This document shows positions 22,336 to 37,956 of a stretch of 64,000 nt of DNA, in pieces. Under the pieces are notes generated by a model. It had not been told where the DNA came from. It did not search any database and saw only the letters and a list, made by a program, of their open reading frames with translations. The stretch's first letter is position 1, and every line of letters starts with the position of its first letter. The stretch lies in NCBI RefSeq assembly GCF_009914755.1, contig NC_060946.1; one strand, written 5' to 3'. The stretch comes from the human T2T-CHM13v2.0 reference genome, Homo sapiens. Made by a program: the position numbers and the translations under genes.

Positions 22336-23991
22336 TTAGTCGAGTGTAAGAGACCTAAAAAAAGAAGCCCCCAGGCAGCTTGAGACATGAAAGCAGAAAA
22401 GAGCAGGTGAGGAAGTGACATCTCTGGCTCAGGCCACCAAAAGGAAGAGGAGGTCACCCAGCTCTTCACGCCACAAGCTCACCACTTCTCAGGGGTATCT
22501 CATGGCTCCAGTGCTAAAAGAAGAGACAATTTTTATCACCTAATATATATCAAGAACTATGTTAAGTGCTGAGATATGAGAAGGAAGAATCACTGGCAGG
22601 CAATCAGGGGAGACAAACACATAAACAGAGCATTGTAACCCAAGCCCAAGCTTCCAGGTGCATGGTTGGAGCAACCACCCAGAGTGCTAAGAAGGGCCCT
22701 GATGGGGAGAAGGGGAGGGTAGGATTACAGAGAATCAGCCTCTGTAGAGCTCACCCCCCAAGTCAAGCTAGGATCAGTGGCTCGGATACCAGTAACAATG
22801 ATTTACCTTTAAATGTGTGTCTGCTGGGTGTCACTTTGCAGACCTGTCATAGTGCCTAAGGGCACAGACTTTGGGACTGGATAACTTGGGTTCAAATCCT
22901 AGCTCTGTGACCAGCTGTGTGAACTCCTGCAAATTACTCATATGCTATCTGAGCCTCAGTTTCTTCCTCTGAGAAATGGGGATAATGATACCTAAGGGTG
23001 TTGCAAGGATTAAATGAGTTATCATATGTAAAGTGCTTAGAATGATGACTGGCATGTATTAAGACCTTTTTGATTATTATTATTATTTTTTTGGAGATGG
23101 AGTCTCGCTCTGTCACCCAGGCTGGAGTGCAGGGGTGCAACCTCGGCTCCCGCAACCTCTGCCTTCCGGGTTCAAGTGATTCTCCTGCCTCAGCTTCCTG
23201 AGTAGCTGGGATTACAGGTGCCTGCCACCACACCCGGCTACTTTTTGTATTTTTAGTAGAGATGGGGTTTCATCATGTTGGCCAGCCTGGTCTCGAACTC
23301 CTGAACTCAGATGATTCACCTGCCTCGGCCTCCCAAAGTACTGGGATTACAGGCATGAGGCACCGTGCCCGGCTGCTTTTTTCTTTCTTTCTTTCTTTCT
23401 TTTTTTTTTGCTGGGAACCCTTTCTCCATAAATCCCTTGCACAGGGATCTCTGACTCAGGTTCTGCTTCTATATGGCTGACGACAACACGTCATCTGCTT
23501 TCTTTCTTTATAAAATCATGGGATGTAAAGGGTCCCTCCATGCAGGAGTCTGGCTTCCTCCTGGGTAGGAGTCTACTCCATTTTTGAAGCTTTCCAAGCA
23601 GCATCCCCCTTCTCCACGTGACTGTGGACAACTATGTTACCATGTGCGCAGGAGGGCTCCAGAGAGCAGGTGAGTACGGATGCTGCGATCCCAGCATCCC
23701 AAGTAGCTCTGTCCATGTCATGGCTGCAGGGCGACATCAACGGGAAAACCACAGGCTCAGCAGGCCAAAGTCTGAATCCCACCTGTATTTGTTTTCCAGG
23801 GCTGCAGTAACAAAGTATCACAAACTGAGTTACTTAAAATGACAGAAATGTGTTGCCTCAGAGTTCTGGAGGCTGGAAGTCCAAAATGAAGGTGTTGGCA
23901 GTGTCATGCTCCCCCCAAAACCTGTAGGGAAGGAAGATCCTTCCTTCAATCTCCAGCTTCTCGTGTTTGCCAGTGATCCTGGCTTCCCTAG

Positions 23992-24357
<366 letters not shown>

Positions 24358-26118
24358 TGAGCCACTGCCTGGCCTCACACTTCTTTTTTTTTTTTTTTTT
24401 TTTTTTGAGATGGAGTTATTCTCTTGTTGCCCAGGCTGGAGTGCAATGGTGAGATCTCGGCTCACTGCAACCTCCGCCTCCCGGTTCAAGCAATTCTTCT
24501 GCCTCAGCCTCCCAAGTAGCTGGGATTACAGTTATGCACCACCATACCCAGCTAATTTTTCCTTTTTTTTTTTTTTAGTAGAGATGGGGTTTCACCACGT
24601 TGGTCAGGCTGGTCTCAAACTCCTGACCTCAGGTGATCCACCTGCCTCAGCCTTCCAAAGTGCTGGGATTACAGGCACACGCCACCGTGCCCAGCCGGCC
24701 TCCCACTTCTTATAAGGACATAAATCATCTTTGATTAAAGGCTCCACTCACTCCAGTATGATCTCATCTTAACTAACTGCATCTGCAATGACCCCGTTTC
24801 CAAATAAGGTTATAGTCTAAGACTTCAGCATATCTTTTTTTAGGGGACAGAATTCAACCCATATCAGCATCTCTGCCATTAGTTAGCAGTGGGATGCCTC
24901 AAGTCATGCAACCTCTGCTTCAGGTTTTTCAGCTGTAGGAATGAGAATACCAGCGTGATACGGCTAGGAAGTGGAACACGTGGGATCATGAACTTTCCAC
25001 TGCGGTACTTGGCCCATGGAGCTAGATATGCACATCAACAGTGACGCTCTCCTCAGCAGCATTCTCCTGGGTGCCCAAAGGCTATTAATACAGCCCCCTC
25101 ATCCTTCCCCCACCCCACCAAGCTGCCCCCACACTGACTGCCCTGTAGGAGAGCTTAGCTCTTCCCTAGAGATCTAGTTTTTATTAATAAAAGACAACCG
25201 GAGCCTTTCAGAAGGTTAGGCTTAAGGGTCCATTATTTAAGTGCCATTGCCTGTGATGAGTCTTTGAGTAATAGGAGTGCTAAGTGCATACTGGGCAGGA
25301 CGACCCGGGTGAGTCGAACATGCAGAAAAGATTCAACACACAGCCCTTTCTGACCTCACAGTGACTTTGCACTAAGTGCAAATCAATCTTCCCGAGGCAA
25401 TTTCCTGTTGCCAGGACAGAGCTGTCTCCCCTCTTCTCGCCCTCCTGCTGCTGTGCTCCTGCTTCATGCTGGCTCCGACAAAGGGGTGAGTGTTCAACAT
25501 TTCTCTTAATTGATGCTGTGACAGGTCTTTTGCTGACATATCCTGGCATCTGTCTGCCTTATTCACTGCAGCACAGCATCAATCTGAAACTGTCAGCTGT
25601 TTCCAGAATAATAGGATCTCTTCCAGATCTAAGCCTCAAAGCTTGCATTGATTTTATTCATTCTAGGATGTCAGTAGGTTATTTCAATTATTATTATTTT
25701 TTTATTTTTGAGACAGAGTCTTGCTCTGTCACCCAGGTTGGAGTGCAGTGACATGATCTTGGCTCACTGCATCCTCCGCCTCCTGAGTTCAAGCAATTCT
25801 CCTGCCTCAGCCTCCCACATAGCTGGGATTACAAGCATGCACCACCATGCCCGGCTAACTTTTGTACTTTTAGTAGAGACAGGGTTTTGCCATGTTGGTC
25901 AGGCTGGTCTCGAACTCTTAACCTCAAGTGATCTGCCTGCCTCGGCCTCCCAAAATGCTGGCGTTACAGGCATGACCCACCATGCCCAGCCTACAGTAGG
26001 TCATTTCAATTGGCTGTCCTCACCCACTCTCACCCCAAGCTCTCCCAAACTAAGGCAATGAAAATTATTTGAACTTGGAAATCGTCCCCTCACCTTGCTG
26101 ATGCTTCTCTTCAGTATT

Positions 26119-26866
<748 letters not shown>

Positions 26867-26950
26867 ACACCTACCTGTTTCCTCTCCTCAAAGTTGACAG
26901 ATGTGCCAGGGATGTGACAGGTAATGTGACCAAGGTTTGCCTTGGTGCTA

Positions 26951-27349
<399 letters not shown>

Positions 27350-27876
27350 TCAAAAAAAAAAAAAAAAAAAAAGATCCCTCTGGGAATGGACTGCTGTGTG
27401 GAGAAGTGTGGAGAAGGAAAGGAGGACCTGGACTGCAGGTGGAGGAGGACCAAGGAGGCTCTTGTAATATCAAGATCAAGCGTGATAAGGTCTGAAGTGG
27501 GACAGTGGGACAGAGGCGGTGGGGCTGGAGAAGAGGGTAGGGCCAGGGAGGCTTCGTGTGGGAGGTGGAACAGAGGGGTAGTCGGTTGTGGGAGGTGTTG
27601 GAGGAGGCAAACCTCACCCCTAGACCTCTAGGTCTGAAAGGTGTGAATGAGAAATAGCCTTCCAAGAGCGATACCAGGGGGCGGTGTTCCAAGGGAAGAA
27701 TGAGGACCAGGAGAGAGCATTCAGGGAGTAGAATGAGGAATGAGGTTTGCCATTGAAAGGGATTCCAATGAGAAGGGTTCAGAAGAGGCTCCGGGCGAGA
27801 GGGAGGTGGAAAACGATGCAATGGGCAGCATTCGGAGCGGGGGCCCTGGCATGCAGGAGCACCTGGGGCTCCTGGC

Positions 27877-28038
27877 AACATGACGTTGATATGACGGTAA
27901 CCATTTTTTTTTTTTTTTGGTATGCAATGGTAGGAATCTTTTTTATGTATACTTACTTCACGAATTGCCCCGAAAGCTCTTAGGTGAGGGCCACAGGTAG
28001 GCCTTCCTCTTTTAGGAAACCTAATATTGTATAAATCA
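27877..28038. repeat. Unclassified ~162-bp direct repeat, copy 1
   Basis: Aligns to 29853-30018 with 21 substitutions and 2 indels (hand count). Confidence 0.95.
27891..27983 (+). CDS. Candidate small ORF (30 aa, hydrophobic), frameshifted paralog of 29867-29995
   Basis: [30 protein letters not shown]; inferred only from paralog comparison. Confidence 0.2.
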   Translation: MTVTIFFFFWYAMVGIFFMYTYFTNCPESS

Positions 28039-28798
28039 GTGTAGCCTGGCCGGCGGTTCATCCCATGGCAGCAGCTAGCAACAGACAGGCGGTGTCCAGG
28101 ACACTCACCATATGTTAAAAAGCAACAGCCTGGGTAATCATAGGCACAGAGTAAAGATTTTTTTTAAATTTAAAATCAATAAGAATTTTATAATTAAAAA
28201 AAAAAAAAGTGGCCGGGCACCAGTGGCTCATGCCTGTAATCCCAGCGCTTTGGGCTGCCGAGACGGGTGGATCACCTGAGGTCAGGAGTTCGAGACCAGC
28301 CTGGTCACCATGGTGAAACCCCATTTCTACTGAAAATACAAAAATTAGCTGGGTTTGGTGGCGGGTGCCTGTAACCTCCACTCACTGCAACCTCCGCCTC
28401 CTGGGCTCAAGCAATCCTCCTACCTCAGCCTCCCGAGTAGCTGGAATTACAGGTGCGCACCACCACACTCAGCTAATTTTTCTATTTTTAGTAGAGACAG
28501 GTTTTGCCAAGTTGCCCAGGCTGGTCTCAAACTCCTGACCTCATGTGATCTACCTGCCTCGACCTCCCATAATCTCTCATTAACCTTTAAGCCTTTCTTC
28601 TATAAGCATTTAAGGCCATACCTTTCCCTTTAAGTATGACCTTAAGGCATCTCACAAGTTTTGATATGAGGCATGTTCATTATCACTTAATTCTAAATAA
28701 TTTAAATATCCATCATGATTTCTCCTTCCACCCATGAGTTATTGAGAGAAGTGTTTCTAAAGTCTCAAGCATGTTTTTTTTTTTGTTTTTTTTTTTGA

Positions 28799-28987
<189 letters not shown>

Positions 28988-29583
28988 TAAGGCTGGTCTT
29001 GAACTCCTGACCTCAGGTGATCCACCCGCCTCAGCCTCCCAAAGTGCTGGGATTACAGGTGTCAGCGATGGCACCCGGCCCAAACTGAGATTTTTTATAT
29101 GCTGGATTTGGTTGAAGACTTCACTTCAACCCTCATGTTTTTGCCCTAATGTTTGCATCTTTTGGTCCCCTTTCTTCTGCCACCCTCATCTTCCTTCTCC
29201 TTTAGTTTTCTCGCCCTTTCCTTCCCCCATCCTTAACTTGCCATCTGCGCCATGGAAAGGGCTCAGTCCAGGTGAAGCAATGGCTGGCCCCTGGCCCTGA
29301 GGCTTCGGTGAGATTCGGACCAGGTGTCACCATGAAGCCTTTCATTGTTGCATCTTGAAAACTGACCCAATCACAGCCTACCAGATCAACGAGAGATGTC
29401 AGAATTTACCAATGTCAGAGCCATAAAAATGTTTTTTTCGAAATGAGTAATTCACCTGTTACACTAAATATGGGCCTCCAGATGTCACAGTATCACAGTG
29501 CAACAGTTAAGTCTTTGTTTTTTATTTTATTTTTATTTATTTATGTATTTTTTTTTGAGACAGAGTCTCGCTCTGTCGCCTAG

Positions 29584-29772
<189 letters not shown>

Positions 29773-29852
29773 TAATCCGCCTGCCTCGGCCTCCCAAAGT
29801 GTTGGGATTACAGGCGTGAGCCACCGCGCCTGGCCAATTAAGTCTTGTTTTA

Positions 29853-30018
29853 AACATGCCATTGGTATGACCGTAACCATCATTTTTTTTTTTTTTTGGT
29901 ATGCAATGGTAGGGATTTTTTTTATTGTAAACTTGCTTCATGAATTACGCCTAAATCCCTTAGGTGAGGGCCACAGGGAAGTTTCCCTCTTTTAGGAAAC
30001 CTAATATCATATAAATCA
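29853..30018. repeat. Unclassified ~166-bp direct repeat, copy 2
   Basis: Aligns to 27877-28038; shared invariant blocks T15-ggtatgcaatggtagg, cttaggtgagggccacagg, cctcttttaggaaacctaatat. Confidence 0.95.
29867..29995 (+). CDS. Candidate small ORF (42 aa) with N-terminal hydrophobic/TM-like segment
   Basis: [42 protein letters not shown]; 6 of the first 7 substitutions versus copy 1 are synonymous in this frame. Confidence 0.25.
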   Translation: MTVTIIFFFFWYAMVGIFFIVNLLHELRLNPLGEGHREVSLF

Positions 30019-30400
30019 AGACTTCTAGCCACGCCAAGGTAAACCATTAGGGATGCTTGATTTTGCAAATGTGTTAAAGATATGGGCTTGGGAAGAAAAT
30101 ACTTTCCCAGCTGGGCACAGTGGCTCACGCCTATAATTTCAGCACTTTGGGAGGCCAAGGTGGGTAGATCACCTGAGGTCAGGAGTTCGAGACCAGCCTG
30201 GCCAACACGGTGAAACCCTTGTCTCTACCAAAAATACAAAACTTAGCCAGGCATGGTGGCACGCACCTGTAATCTCAGGTACTCGGAAGGTTGAGTCAGG
30301 AGAATAGCTTGAGCCCAGAAGGTGGAGGTTGCAGGGTGGCAGTGAGCTGAGACCACACCACTGTACTCCAGCCTGGGCATCAGAGACTCTGTCTCAAAAA

Positions 30401-30418
<18 letters not shown>

Positions 30419-30453
<35 letters not shown>

Positions 30454-30523
30454 ATCTATATATATGTATGTATCTATATATATGTATGTATCTATATATA
30501 TATATGTATGTATCTATATATAT
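30419..30523. repeat. (TA)n/(TATG)n/(TATC)n microsatellite derived from an Alu tail
   Basis: Direct reading; Alu TSD atactttcc at 30100-30108 and 30522-30530. Confidence 0.9.
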
Positions 30524-30737
30524 ACTTTCCATTTTTTTTCCTACTCGTGTGAAAGAGACCGTGAAAGTGAAAGGAAAAGAAGATGGTCCAATCGCAAGAT
30601 AAGCAGGCCCTGTAGACAAAGCAGACAGTTCAGCTACTAATGCAGTGTGGAAGGAGAGCCCTAGAGGCCAAGCACTAGTAATAAACTCAACACTTTCTGA
30701 AATTGCTAGGATCTGAATGAGGAATAATTGTGAGTGA

Positions 30738-31100
<363 letters not shown>

Positions 31101-31346
31101 TAAGCTAAGACATACTCTTAAATTCCTTCAAAGCAAGGGAAGCAGTGACTGTTTTAAGAACAAATACTGTCTTTGAAATTTGAAATACAGGATAGACAGG
31201 GGCTCCTTAAACCTAGTAATCCTTTTGTCTCTTTTGGTCCATCTCAACCACAAACCAAGCAAACATGCACATGCTTGTCAAAAACAAGTCAATTATTTTG
31301 AAAATCAATTAAATTATTCATACCCTTTGAAATTTCAAAGGAAAGT

Positions 31347-31347
<1 letters not shown>

Positions 31348-31400
<53 letters not shown>
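31348..31400. repeat. (GA)n microsatellite
   Basis: Perfect GA run. Confidence 0.98.
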
Positions 31401-31404
<4 letters not shown>

Positions 31405-32365
31405 TTAGAAGTCACGGGTATTGAAGTGCTTATTAGTTAAATCGGGTTCTTTGTCTCTCTACTTTGCTAATGGCTGATCTTTTGACTTTTCTGATGATTA
31501 GCCCTGGCTATCAAGTGAGATTCCATGGGGCTTGGTTTGTTCATACTCTTCTGAGTGACATTTTCCCCATTCTAATAGCCTAAAAGCATAATGAGGTAAA
31601 TGAATCACAAGTGATAATGAGTTTTTTAAAAATCTAGGCAGGAACAAAACTGGCTCATTACCATGAAGAAGTAGCATTCTGATGAGGACAGGAAATCACT
31701 GAGGAACAGGAGAGAATACATAAACTACCACTTATGTGTATTGCTAATGATATGCCAGACACAATTCTAAACACTTACATGACGGTCTCATTTAATACCA
31801 ATGCAAAAATTCTACAGATGAAGAAATGGGGACTCAGAGAGATTAAGTAGTTTGCTTAAGGTCACACAACTAGGAAATGACCAAATTGGCATTTAAATGA
31901 GACAGGCTGGCTGAAGCCTGGACTGCCTCTGCCTTTTTTTTTTTTTTTTTTTTTTTGAATCAGGGTCTCACTCTGTCACCCAGGTGATCACGGCTCACTG
32001 CAGGCTCGAACTCCCAGGCTCAGGTGATCCTCCCACTTTGGCCTCCCAAGTAGCTGGGACTACAGGAGGGCCACAATGCCTGGCTAATTTTTTTTTTTTT
32101 TTTTGAGATGGGGTTTTGCTATGTTGCCCGGTCTGGTCTCGAACTCCTGGGGTCAAGTGATCTGTCCACCTCGGCCTCCCAAATTGCTAGGATTACAGAC
32201 ATGAGCCACCGTGTGCAGCCTGCCTCTGTCCTTCTGAAAAAAAGGTAATGGCAAAGGCATGGGGGAAAAGTTAAACATGTTAAAGAAAAGGCTGTAGATA
32301 TTTCCATATGCATGTCGATTCATGTAGTAGCTTCCTAGCACTTCGGTAACAACCATAACCCAGCG

Positions 32366-32403
32366 GCGTTGGTGGTACAGTAGCGAGCATAGCTGCCTTC
32401 CAA
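32366..32403 (+). pseudogene. tRNA-Gly(TCC) 5'-half retrocopy (tailless)
   Basis: gcgttggtggtacagtagcgagcatagctgccttccaa versus tRNA-Gly-TCC GCGTTGGTGGTATAGTGGTGAGCATAGCTGCCTTCCAA; stops just after the anticodon; flanked by imperfect repeats acaaccataac/ataatcataac. Confidence 0.85.
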
Positions 32404-32467
32404 ATAATCATAACTTTGGTGGGATTTTTTGTTGTTTTTTTTCTGAAACAGGGTTTCGCTCTTGTAG

Positions 32468-33258
<791 letters not shown>

Positions 33259-34395
33259 TACCCGCCTCGGCCTCGGCCTCCCAAAAGTGCTGGGATTACA
33301 GGTGGGACCCACCATGCCCAGCCCCACTTCAGTGGTTTAAAAGAGCAGATATTTTCTCTCACACAGTTCTGGAGGCTGGAAGTCTGCAATCCAGGTGTCA
33401 GCAGGGATATGCCTTAGGGGAGGAGCCTTCCCTGCCTCTCCCAGCTTCTGGTGGCGCCAGGTGTCCCTTGGCTTGTGGCTGCATCACTCTCATCTCCATC
33501 TCCATCTTTACATGGGCTTCTGCTCTGTGCGCCTCTCCTCCATGTGTCTCTTATAAAAATATTTGTCATTGGATATAGGGCCCACCTGTATAATCCAGGG
33601 TGATCTCAAGATCCTTAACTAGATCTAAAAGGACAACCTTGGGAGGCATGGTGGCTCACACCTATAATCCCAGCACTTTTGGAGGCCAAGGGATCGCTTG
33701 AGCCTAAGAGTTTGAGACCAGCTTGGCTAACAGTGAGACCTCAACTCTATTTTATTTAAAAAAATAAAATAGGGCCAGCCATGGTGGCTCACATCTGTAA
33801 TCCCAGCACTTTGGGAGGCCGAGGCAGGTGGATCACAAGGTCAGGAGATCAAGACCATCCTGGCTACATGGTGAAACCCCGTCTCTACTAACAAATACAA
33901 AAAAATTAGCTGGGTGTGGTGGCGGGCACCTCTAGTCCCAGCTACTCGGGAGGCTGAGGCAGGAGAATGGCATGAACCCAGGAGGCAGAGCTTGCAGTGA
34001 GCCGAGATCACCCCACTGCACTACAGCCTGGGCAACAGAGCAAGACTCCATCTCAAAAATAATAATAAAATAAATAAAATAAATACAATCTCTCCTTATA
34101 CACAGTTTAATACAATCTGTCCTTACACGCAGTTTAATGGCTACTACTGCTTTCATTCTAACAACTGTAAGACTCTCAACATCTTCTGAAAACTTGGCTG
34201 AAAAGTGATATTCTTTCTTTCTTTATTTTTGATAGGATCTCTCTTTGTTGCTCAGGCTGGAGTGCAGTGACACGATCTTGGCTTATTGCAGCCATGATTT
34301 CCAGGGCTCAAGTAATCTTCCCACCTCAGCCTCCCGAATAGCTGGGACTATAGGAACACCACCAGGCCTGGCTAATTTTTGTATTTTTTTTGTAG

Positions 34396-34524
<129 letters not shown>

Positions 34525-34913
34525 TAATATATTAATTTCTGTTTTCTCCATTGTATCAATGAGAAAATTAATTATCTTCAGGACCACTGGATCCCCACCC
34601 CCTCGTCATTTTCTCTGTCAGAGGCAAGTCAAGAACTCTGCTACCACTGGGGCAGGATCCAGTCCTGGGGTTGGTGGGGTGGAGTTTGCCTGCAACAAGA
34701 AGTTGTGATTTTTTATAAAATTGCAGAATCTATTGTTATAGGAGGAGCTTTGCTTTAATGGTTTTTCAGTTTGTCCCTTTACTTACCATAGGGATTCCTT
34801 CTGTTGCCAGTCCCTTGGGGGCAGGGACTGTGTCTTCCTCCCTGTATTCTGAGCCCTGCATAGGGCCTGGCCCTTGCATAGGTGTTCAATCAATGTGTCA
34901 AATACATGAGTGA

Positions 34914-35186
<273 letters not shown>

Positions 35187-35272
35187 TGATCCACCTGCCT
35201 CGGCCTCCCAAACCTGCTGGGATTACAGGCATGAGCCACTGCACCTGGCTTTTTTTTTTTTTTTTTTTTTGA

Positions 35273-35428
<156 letters not shown>

Positions 35429-36222
35429 TAGAGATGGGATTTCTCTGTCTTGGCCAGGCTGGTCTCGAACTCCTGACCTCAGGTGATCCGCCTACCTCGG
35501 CCTCCCAAAGTGCTGAGATTACAGGCGTGAGCCACCACATCTGGCCTCGAGCACACCTTTTCTGGTGCACGTAAAACTAGGTCGGGTTCTTAGGGACTGA
35601 GTCACCTGACTAACACTAATCAAATACACACAAACAAAACCACAAACTGCTCTGTCAAGCAGGATGTCAGCAGTTTCCTTTGCATGAAGGAGGGTGGGGA
35701 GGGGGTGTTGTAAGGTGGGTCTCCAGAATGATGGAATAGGGTCGCTGTCGGGAAGAGGCTGAAAACATTACTGTGATATTTTGTCTTATAAAATTCTTTT
35801 TGGTTTTTTTTTTAGAGACAGGGTCTTGCTCTGTCACTCAGGCTGGAGTGCGGTGGTATGATTATGGCTCACTGCAGCCTCGACCTCCTGGGCTCAAGTG
35901 ATTCTCCTACTTCAGCCTCTTGAGTAGCTGGGACTATAGGCGAATACCACCGTGCCTGGACTTTTAAAATGTTTTGTGGGCCAGGCGCGGTGGCTCACAC
36001 CTTTAATCCCAGCACTTTGGGAGGCTGAGGCGGGAGAATCACGAGGTCAGGAGTTTAAGACCAGCCTGGCCAGCATGGTGAAACCCCGTCTCTACTAAAA
36101 ATACAAAAAATTAGCTGGGCGTAGTGGCGGGCGCCTGTAATCCCAGCTACTCAGGAGGCTGAGGCAGAGGTTGCAGTAAGCTGAGATCGTGCCACTGCAC
36201 TCCAGCCTGGGCAACAGAGTGA

Positions 36223-36378
<156 letters not shown>

Positions 36379-37039
36379 TAGGATTCTTGTATAAATTCTC
36401 TGTGGGCCGAGCCTAGACTAGAATATTGCCCAACTTCCTTTGCACAGCAAAATGGATTTCATAGGATCAATTAAGAGTATTTGGACCAAACAACTATCTC
36501 TCTTACTTTGTTAGCCTGGATTGCAGGAGTCACAATTACTTACAAGTCAAAAAGATGAGGAGAGGGCTGTGGCAGTTGTGGTCTCAGGCCTGCAGCAGCC
36601 TTTTGCAATATTGAGTTACCCTGCGGGCTTTGTGAACTTGGAATCACAGACTCCTCCGAGGTTGTGCCTCAGCCTCCCCAAAACGTGAGAGGCGAGGGCA
36701 GAGCCTACTTACCTTTCACCTCCTAGCACCTGAGCCGGAGCACCTGGTTCACAGTAAGCACTCAATCTGTGTGTGCTGAATAAACAAGAAACTGCCTGTT
36801 CCTGCCTCGGGGCAGGACGCACCGCCCTAGTGACTGTAATACTCTCCTCCACCAGATTTGGCAGCTCCCCTCCCTTACACAGCCCTGGGGAATTACTGCT
36901 CTTTTCTTTCTTTGGTGTCCTTTCTCTAAAGTGCAAATAGTTCCTTCTGGACACACGGTCTGTCTGCAGCCTGCCAGTATCATTCACCCTTGCTTGCTTT
37001 TACCTTCTGTTTTGTCTTCCTGAGACAACATTCTTGTAA

Positions 37040-37357
<318 letters not shown>

Positions 37358-37611
37358 TGAACTGCTCACCTCAGGTGATCCACCCGCCTCAGCCTCCCAA
37401 AGTGCTAGGATTATAGTTGTGAGCCACCCTGTCTGGCCTCTTTATTTTATTTTACTTATTTCTTTTCCTAATCTCGAGGACCTGTGAAACAAAATCCTAC
37501 TCTGATTTAGAAGATACCAGGTCCTGCTGGGCGTGGTGGCTCATGCCTGTAATCTCAGCACTTTGGGAGGCCGAGGTGGGAGGATCACTTGAGATCAGGA
37601 GTTCAAGATCA

Positions 37612-37956
<345 letters not shown>

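Noticed and set aside
31610-31700. Hammerhead-like CTGATGA...GAAA with a possible stem III
   Set aside because: No stem II (ggacag cannot pair) and stem I register leaves no cleavage nucleotide
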